Positions 29,556-34,891 of a stretch of 34,891 nt of DNA are shown here, one piece after another (the first letter of the stretch is position 1; every line of letters begins with the position of its first letter). The notes beneath the pieces were generated by a model that saw only the letters and a list, made by a program, of their open reading frames with translations, did no database searches and was not told the DNA's origin. Source of the DNA: Candidatus Eiseniibacteriota bacterium (GTDB taxonomy: Bacteria; Eisenbacteria; RBG-16-71-46). Location of the stretch: assembly GCA_040081365.1 (NCBI GenBank), contig JBEBGT010000001.1:1-34891 (forward strand), given 5' to 3'. The position numbers and the translations under genes are program-made.

Positions 29556-32369
29556 ATGCGTGGCGTAGCGCTATTGCTGCTGTCGATCTGCTTGGCCGCC
29601 CGTGCTTCGGCGACCACGGTCACCTCGATTCCCGTATCCACGACGTGGACTCTTGCAGGATCACCGTACGTCATCACGCCCGGGGCCTTGCTATCGGTGT
29701 CGGTTCCCGCCGGCGTCACGCTGACCATCGATCCCGGGGTTGTCGTGCAGTTCAAGCCGGGCAAGGCATTGAGCGTTGCCAACGGCGGGTCATTGGTCGC
29801 GGTTGGGCAACCCGGACAAGCGATCCTCTTTCAATCCGAGTTGTCGGGAGATCCTTGGGCTGGAGTGCAGTGTGCCCCAGGGGCCGCACTCTCGATGAGT
29901 GACTGCACGTTCGAAACCAACGGCGGCTACCCGGTCCGAGGCACGATCCAGCAGGTCGCAAGCCTGTTCGCCACGAACGCATTCGTCCCAAGTCCGGACG
30001 GTAGGTTCAATGCCATCGAGTTGATTGGAGGAACAGTTACAGCCAACACTACGCTCAAAAGCCCACAGCCACAGTTTTGTTACATCACGGCCCGCTTCGC
30101 GAACTTGAACATCGCCGGTGCCGGCGGACCCACGCTCACGGTAGAGCCTGGTGTTCTGAAGTTCGAGTTCGCCTCTGGCCTCAGCGCCACAAATGGCGGG
30201 CTGCAGGCGAACGGCGTCACATTCACATCTGGGTATGATGACTTCGTTTGTGGTGACACCAACGGAGACGGCCCGCCCGTGTCAGTGCCGGCGCCCCATC
30301 CAGCGCCAGGCGACTGGATCGGCCTTCAGTTCGTTTCGACAAATGCTCTGGCGACCTCCAGCCTCGTGAACTGCGACGTGCGATTTGCGGGGAGCCAGAC
30401 GTTCGCCTATGGGGTCCGGGTCGCCTTTGGCGCGCGACCGACAATCACGGGTGGCGCGTTCCATCACAACCGCGGTTCCGGGCTGCGGGTGGAGAGTCCG
30501 TCGAGCGGCGCCCAGATATCGGGTCTGACTCTTCGGGATAACACAGAGTGGGAGCTGGCGGCGGCGCCGGCAGCAATGGCCCAGCTGGTTGGGCAGGTCA
30601 CATGTGAGAGGGCCGTGCCCGACGCCTTTAATGGCTACCAGCTACTAGCTGGCACAATCACATCGAACACTCTGCTGCCCGGCTTGCCTCCTGGGTTCTG
30701 TTACACGGTCGAGAGCAATGCGGACATTGTGGTGAATCACGCGAGCGGCCCGGTGCTGACAATCGGTGCCGGCGTCGTGAAGTTCGCTCCCGGGTCGCGT
30801 ATTGGCGTCGCCAATGGCGGTCTGCAGGCCACAGACGTGACGTTCACCTCTGTCAACGATGACATCGGGGGCGACACAAATGGTGACGGAGACCCGGTCG
30901 AGGGATCCGCGCCGCCGCCGGCCGGCGGTCAATGGATTGGCATTGACTTCGCTGCAAACGGCACCGCGGCCACGACCGCGCTGACGAATTGTGAGATTCG
31001 GTACGCTGGGAGCGAAGCGATTGGCTACGGCGTTCGGATTCTCGGAGGAGCAGAGCCGTCAATCACGGGGGGTAGCATCAGCGACAACCGCGGCTCCGGA
31101 ATCCTGGTCGGCGATGCATCTTCATGCGCTCAGATCACCGGAGTGCGAGTTCGAGACAATGGGGCGTGGGAAGTCACGGCACCCATGGCAGCGATGGTGG
31201 CGCTGGCCACAGCCAATAGCATCGAGCCTTCGGATGGAACGGCGCCGGGCGAAAGTGGGTTGCACAAGTTCGATGCCTATCACGTCGTCGGCGGGCTGGT
31301 TGATGCAGACATCGTGCTTCCGCGGCCTCCGGTGCCGATGTGCTACTACTTCGATGGCGATATCACGATAGCTGCAGGGCGTACGCTCCAAGTGCTGCCG
31401 GGGACAGTCATCAAGATGGGTATCGGAGACAGCCTTCAGGTTCTGGGTACACTCCGGGCAGAGGGCGCCGTACTGCTTCCTTCACTGCGGGAGCCCATCG
31501 TGTTCACGTCCATTCGAGACGATTTCTGGCTGGGTGATACGCCGGGAGACGGCTTGTTATGCGGGCCCCAGCCCCCCCCGCCGGCTCCGGTGTGTCATTC
31601 GACGGGTCTGACGCCCGCGCCGGCGGACTGGGCTCGGGTCGTATTGACGGCGGGTCACGGCAACCTCTTGAGGGGCGCCGTGTTTCGATACGGCGGTTTC
31701 CAGAGCGCGGGCCAGTTGCGCATTGTCGGAACCCCGCCGGACGGAGCACCACAGGATCTTGTCGAACACTGTTTCTTCTATGTTGATGCTCCGCGCGGCG
31801 GGGGAGTTGTCGTGAAGGGTTCCAGGCCGCGAATAGTCGACTCTGCTTTCTTGGGAGTGTCGACCTCTTTCGGCATCGAGACACAAGCGCCGGGATTCGA
31901 AGTGGACGCGCGGGGCAACTGGTGGGGGGCTCCGTCTGGCCCGAACGACGACTCAGCCAACCTGAGCTGCAATCTCCTCACCAACGCCGGGGCCGGTGTC
32001 CGAGTGAGCGACTGCGTGGACTACGGCGGATTCCTGGTGCAACCAGGGCAGGCTCCGGTGACGGACGCCCCGCCACGTCCCGTTCCGTCGGTCGGGCGCT
32101 TGGGCGTGTCCGTGCGACCGAATCCCGTTCGACGCGCGGCGGAGTTCCATGTCGAACGGCTTGCCGGTGATCTGGCCCGTATCGAGGTGCTGGATGCCTC
32201 GGGGCGCCGTGTGTGGAGCGAGGAACTCGAACCCGAAACGGAAGGCGAGCGTGCTCTCCGATGGGATCTCACGACCGCTCAGGGGCAGCGGGTGAGGCCG
32301 GGGCTCTACTTCGTCCGGGTGACGACGGCGCGTGCGTCCTACTCCCGGCATCTGGTCGTGATCGAATAG
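29556..32369 (+). CDS. Large secreted parallel-beta-helix-like protein with three ~210-aa modules and C-terminal FlgD-Ig/T9SS-like sorting domain
   Basis: AGGAGG precedes ATG 29556. Signal peptide VALLLLSICLAARASA. The repeated module contains F(N/D).(Y/I)......G.....(T/D)..L......CY..., NGGLQA..VTFTS..DD..GDTNGDG, W.G(L/I).F, NC(D/E)(V/I)R(F/Y)AGS...YGVR and ITGG....NRGSG. The tail VRPNPVRRAAEFHVE...IEVLDASGRRV...WDLT...GLYFVRV...LVVIE is of the same type as the other two cargo proteins. Confidence 0.85.
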   Translation: MRGVALLLLSICLAARASATTVTSIPVSTTWTLAGSPYVITPGALLSVSVPAGVTLTIDPGVVVQFKPGKALSVANGGSLVAVGQPGQAILFQSELSGDPWAGVQCAPGAALSMSDCTFETNGGYPVRGTIQQVASLFATNAFVPSPDGRFNAIELIGGTVTANTTLKSPQPQFCYITARFANLNIAGAGGPTLTVEPGVLKFEFASGLSATNGGLQANGVTFTSGYDDFVCGDTNGDGPPVSVPAPHPAPGDWIGLQFVSTNALATSSLVNCDVRFAGSQTFAYGVRVAFGARPTITGGAFHHNRGSGLRVESPSSGAQISGLTLRDNTEWELAAAPAAMAQLVGQVTCERAVPDAFNGYQLLAGTITSNTLLPGLPPGFCYTVESNADIVVNHASGPVLTIGAGVVKFAPGSRIGVANGGLQATDVTFTSVNDDIGGDTNGDGDPVEGSAPPPAGGQWIGIDFAANGTAATTALTNCEIRYAGSEAIGYGVRILGGAEPSITGGSISDNRGSGILVGDASSCAQITGVRVRDNGAWEVTAPMAAMVALATANSIEPSDGTAPGESGLHKFDAYHVVGGLVDADIVLPRPPVPMCYYFDGDITIAAGRTLQVLPGTVIKMGIGDSLQVLGTLRAEGAVLLPSLREPIVFTSIRDDFWLGDTPGDGLLCGPQPPPPAPVCHSTGLTPAPADWARVVLTAGHGNLLRGAVFRYGGFQSAGQLRIVGTPPDGAPQDLVEHCFFYVDAPRGGGVVVKGSRPRIVDSAFLGVSTSFGIETQAPGFEVDARGNWWGAPSGPNDDSANLSCNLLTNAGAGVRVSDCVDYGGFLVQPGQAPVTDAPPRPVPSVGRLGVSVRPNPVRRAAEFHVERLAGDLARIEVLDASGRRVWSEELEPETEGERALRWDLTTAQGQRVRPGLYFVRVTTARASYSRHLVVIE
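30006..31901 (+). repeat. Three tandem in-frame modules (about 621, 642 and 630 nt) inside CDS 29556..32369
   Basis: Module starts are FNAIELIGGTVTANT (30006), FNGYQLLAGTITSNT (30627) and FDAYHVVGGLVDADI (31269). Modules 1 and 2 are clearly alignable end to end. Module 3 is more diverged. Confidence 0.7.
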
Positions 32370-32417
32370 GCAGCGGTCGGCTTCTCACGCATCGGCATCG
32401 CGGGCGCCCATCGCCTC

Positions 32418-32448
32418 GCGTGCGAGTGCGTGAGGCGGGCTCGCACGC
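32418..32448. terminator. Hairpin downstream of the beta-helix gene (possible terminator)
   Basis: GCGTGCGAG-(13 nt)-CTCGCACGC, a 9-bp perfect stem starting 49 nt after the stop at 32369. There is no U-tract, so the function is inferred. Confidence 0.2.
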
Positions 32449-32704
32449 GGTGGTGGATCCACAGGCTCGTGGATCCAAACTACTGCGGTTCAGGGGGCGT
32501 GCAGGCCTCCCCGGTGTGGCGGCTCTGTGCCTGCGAGGGCGGAGCCGCTGCGGCGGGCTCGAGCGCCACGACGGATGGCTCGAGGTTCAATTTCTCCCCA
32601 AAGCCCTGAGCGTGAATCGCGACCCCGCCCAGCCACCGGGCCACGCCGGTTCCAGCAAAGCCGAGGCGCACGCGGCCTGAGTGCGCAGGCAGGGCGATCC
32701 GGCC

Positions 32705-33886
32705 TCAGTCCTCCGCCTTCTCGCCCGCCGGGGCCATCTTCACGAGCCGCGGCTGGAACGTGGCCAGTGTTTCCACCAGATCGGCCTGCGCGCTCATCAC
32801 CGCATGGATGTCCTTGTAGGCCATCGGCGCTTCGTCGATGCCGGCCGACAGCAGGGTGACGCCCTGCTCCTGCAAGAGCGGCCGCGCGTCCTTCCAGGTG
32901 AAGCGCGCCCGCGCCTCGGAGCGGCTCATGGCGCGGCCCGCGCCGTGTGCGGCGCTGTTCATCGACTCCGGCTCGCCGCGGCCGCGCACGATGAACGACG
33001 GCGTCGCCATGGAGCCGGGGATCACGCCCAGCGTGCCGGCGCCCGCGGGCGTAGCGCCCTTGCGGTGCACCACGAGCTCTTCGCCGAAGTGCGACTCGCG
33101 CCACGCGAAGTTGTGATGATTCTCGATTCCGAGCGCGACCTTCTCGCCCAGCTCGCGCGCCAGGCTGCGGTGGATGCAGGCATGATTGGCCTCGGCGTAG
33201 CGCCCCATGAGCTCCATGGCGCGCCAGTATTCCTGCCCGGCCTCACTCGCCAACGACAGCCACGCCAGCGCGGCCTGCGGGCCTGCGAGCTCGGGGTGCA
33301 GGCTCGCGGCCAGCCTGCTGTAGTGCTCGGCCACGGTCGCACCCGAGCCGCGGCTGCCGCTGTGCGAGAGCAGCGCCAGGTAGCTTCCCGGGGCGACGCC
33401 CAGCGCGTCGTGCGTCACCTCGAACGTGCCGAACTCCACGAAGTGATTGCCGCTGCCGCTGGTGCCGAGCTGGCTCCAGGCCTTGTCCTTGAGCCTTGCG
33501 GTCACGGGTGTCACGGCCCAGTCCTCGTCCATCACGGCGTGCTCGTGCCGGTCGCGGAACTCGGCGCCGATCCCGAAGCGCGTGCGCTGTTCGAGCAGCT
33601 TGCCCAGCCGGTCGTCCTGGCCCTTCATGCGCCGGGCCGTCACCGCGAACACGCTCAGCCGCATGCGGCAGGCGATGTCCACGCCCACGGCGTACGGGAT
33701 TACGGCGTCGCGCGTGGCCAGCACGCCGCCCACGGGCAGCCCGAAGCCCAGGTGCGCATCGGGCATGAGCGCGCCGCGCACCGAGACCGGAAGACTGCAG
33801 GCCGCGCGCATCTGTTCGAGCGCGTTGGCCTGGATGTCGTCGCCCCACTGGCGCCAGGGCGCGGGGGCGGGCAGTTCGTGGTTCAT
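32705..33886 (-). CDS. rtcB: RNA 3'-phosphate/2',3'-cyclic-phosphate ligase RtcB
   Basis: The start at ATG 33886 gives MNHELPAPAPWRQWG, which parallels E. coli RtcB MNYELLTTENAPVKMW. Metal and GMP-site motifs MPDAHLGFGLPVGGV, AVGVDIACRM, GSGNHFVEFG and SHSGSRGSGA, and the C-terminal AHGAGR. Confidence 0.9.
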   Translation of the reverse strand: MNHELPAPAPWRQWGDDIQANALEQMRAACSLPVSVRGALMPDAHLGFGLPVGGVLATRDAVIPYAVGVDIACRMRLSVFAVTARRMKGQDDRLGKLLEQRTRFGIGAEFRDRHEHAVMDEDWAVTPVTARLKDKAWSQLGTSGSGNHFVEFGTFEVTHDALGVAPGSYLALLSHSGSRGSGATVAEHYSRLAASLHPELAGPQAALAWLSLASEAGQEYWRAMELMGRYAEANHACIHRSLARELGEKVALGIENHHNFAWRESHFGEELVVHRKGATPAGAGTLGVIPGSMATPSFIVRGRGEPESMNSAAHGAGRAMSRSEARARFTWKDARPLLQEQGVTLLSAGIDEAPMAYKDIHAVMSAQADLVETLATFQPRLVKMAPAGEKAED

Positions 33887-33999
33887 GTCGGGAGTGTCCG
33901 TGACGGGGGCGCGGTGGCGCGACCGCGGGATTGTACATGTCGCGCGCGCTGCCGCTGCGTGCGCCTTCATGAGAAACTGCCGCGACCACCCGAGGCCCC

Positions 34000-34891
34000 A
34001 TGCCCACGCCCGTCGAAGAACCGCTCCAGCTCGAGATCCCGCCCGCGCTCGCGGAACTACTCGCCACCGTGCCTGAGCTGTCGCAGGCGTACGTGGTGGG
34101 TGGCGGCGTGCGCGATGCCGTGCTCGGGCTCGTGGCCAAGGACCTCGACCTCGAGGTGTTCGGCACGGACTACGATCGACTGGGGCGCGCGCTCGCGCGC
34201 TTCGGCGCCACGGATCTCGTGGGCCGCGCGTTCGGCGTCATCCGGCTCACGCTCGCCTCGGGCGAGGTCGTGGACTTGAGCCTGCCGCGGCGCGACTCCA
34301 AGGTGGGCGCGGGGCATCGCGGCTTCGCGGTCGCGCCCGACCCCACGTTGTCGCCGCACGAGGCGGCCTCGCGCCGCGACTTCACGGTGAACGCGCTCAT
34401 GTACGACCCGCGCCGCCGGGTGGTGACTGACCATTTCGGCGGGCTCGCTGACCTGCGCGCGGGCGTGCTGCGCCATGTGGGGCCGGCGTTCAGCGAGGAT
34501 CCACTGCGCGTGCTGCGCGGCATGCAGTTCGCCGCGCGCTTCGAGCTGCAAGCCGCACCCGAGACGGTGGCACTGTGCAGGAGCATCGCGGGCAGTTATC
34601 ACGAGCTGCCACTCGAGCGCGTGCGCGAGGAGTGGTTCAAGTGGGCCAGTCTCTCTCGCCGGCCCTCGCTGGGGCTGCGCTTCCTGCACGACACCGGCTG
34701 GCTCGCGCACTTTCCCGAACTCGTCTCGCTCGTGGACGTGCCACAGGACGCCGAGTGGCACCCCGAAGGCGACGTCTGGGTGCACACGCTGCACGCGCTC
34801 GATGCACTGGTGGCGCTGCCCGCGTGGCGCGCGGCCGAGCCGGCGCGCCGCAGCGTGTGGACGTTCGCGGTGCTGCTGCACGACACGGGCA
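34000..34891 (+). CDS. cca: CCA-adding tRNA nucleotidyltransferase with HD domain (3' end outside window)
   Basis: Not listed in the ORF track because it has no stop in the window. ATG 34000 follows GAGG. Translation gives ...AYVVGGGVRDAVLGLVAKDLDLEV (GG.VRD/D.D polymerase-beta motif), RRDFTVNALMYD, EDPLRVLRGMQFAARF, and ends in the HD motif AVLLHDTG at the window edge. Confidence 0.85.
   Translation, partial: MPTPVEEPLQLEIPPALAELLATVPELSQAYVVGGGVRDAVLGLVAKDLDLEVFGTDYDRLGRALARFGATDLVGRAFGVIRLTLASGEVVDLSLPRRDSKVGAGHRGFAVAPDPTLSPHEAASRRDFTVNALMYDPRRRVVTDHFGGLADLRAGVLRHVGPAFSEDPLRVLRGMQFAARFELQAAPETVALCRSIAGSYHELPLERVREEWFKWASLSRRPSLGLRFLHDTGWLAHFPELVSLVDVPQDAEWHPEGDVWVHTLHALDALVALPAWRAAEPARRSVWTFAVLLHDTG

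Noticed and set aside
32449-32480. Direct repeat of the BamHI-site-containing GTGGATCCA (GGTGGATCCACAGGCTCGTGGATCCAAAC) downstream of the beta-helix gene.
   Set aside because: It is a short, single occurrence, explained by the self-complementary GGATCC core. There is no evidence of an inverted-repeat mobile-element end or a repeat family elsewhere in the window.
32480-32671. 63-aa GTG-initiated ORF 33 nt downstream of rtcB on the minus strand (MRLGFAGTGVARWLGG...), considered as a possible small RtcB partner such as an archease.
   Set aside because: It has no SD, no resemblance to archease (which is ~140 aa with an HTAD motif) or any other family, and only moderate codon bias. It overlaps another equally unconvincing ORF (32490..33104).
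1-34891. Window-wide scan for CRISPR arrays, rRNA, IS/transposon ends, integrases, phage or defence-system genes (RM, TA, CBASS, Gabija and similar).
   Set aside because: No regularly spaced direct repeats, no rRNA-like segments, and no DDE, tyrosine or serine recombinase motifs. I could not recognise any nuclease, helicase or ATPase defence architecture in any frame.

Overview
High-GC (about 70% by eye) bacterial chromosomal segment that is densely coding. I support 28 protein-coding genes, one truncated tRNA-like relic, several in-gene tandem repeats and a few hairpins. I saw no rRNA, intact tRNA, CRISPR array, transposase, integrase or phage genes. Many genes have strong GGAGG-type Shine-Dalgarno sites, which helped place starts, because the six-frame ORFs are often extended upstream or are antisense artefacts of the high GC.

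Gene content, left to right:
- S41 peptidase (5' partial) and a DinB-family protein.
- Three large secreted repeat proteins that share a C-terminal FlgD-Ig/T9SS-like sorting domain (1746-3089, 6609-9143, 29556-32369). This suggests a Gemmatimonadota/Eisenbacteria-like or other FCB-type lineage, which is inference only.
- A beta-barrel OMP, a BamB/PQQ-like propeller, an SpmA/SpmB-type nucleoside-recognition membrane protein and a pentapeptide-repeat protein.
- An orphan zinc anti-sigma (ZAS) factor, followed by a small Cys-rich ORF translationally coupled to a MIP/aquaporin.
- A 10-kb same-strand cluster: DM13, spondin_N, GMC oxidoreductase, two-domain VOC protein, archaeal-type glucose 1-dehydrogenase, GH63-like glycosidase and glycogen debranching enzyme.
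- An orphan 132-aa protein and a SAM methyltransferase.
- An atypical rho, a PduO-type corrinoid adenosyltransferase, and a divergent rtcB / CCA-adding enzyme pair.

Most unusual observations:
1. Rho has its whole canonical N-terminal RNA-binding domain replaced by an RGG/Q/N-rich low-complexity region, and about 640 nt upstream has no confident gene.
2. The ZAS / Cys-rich peptide / MIP (with Cys4 tail) neighbourhood may be a thiol or peroxide module.
3. There is a 5' half of a tRNA-Arg(CCU) with no 3' half.
4. rtcB and cca are paired divergently.

All functional calls come from motif recognition by eye. No database search was run.
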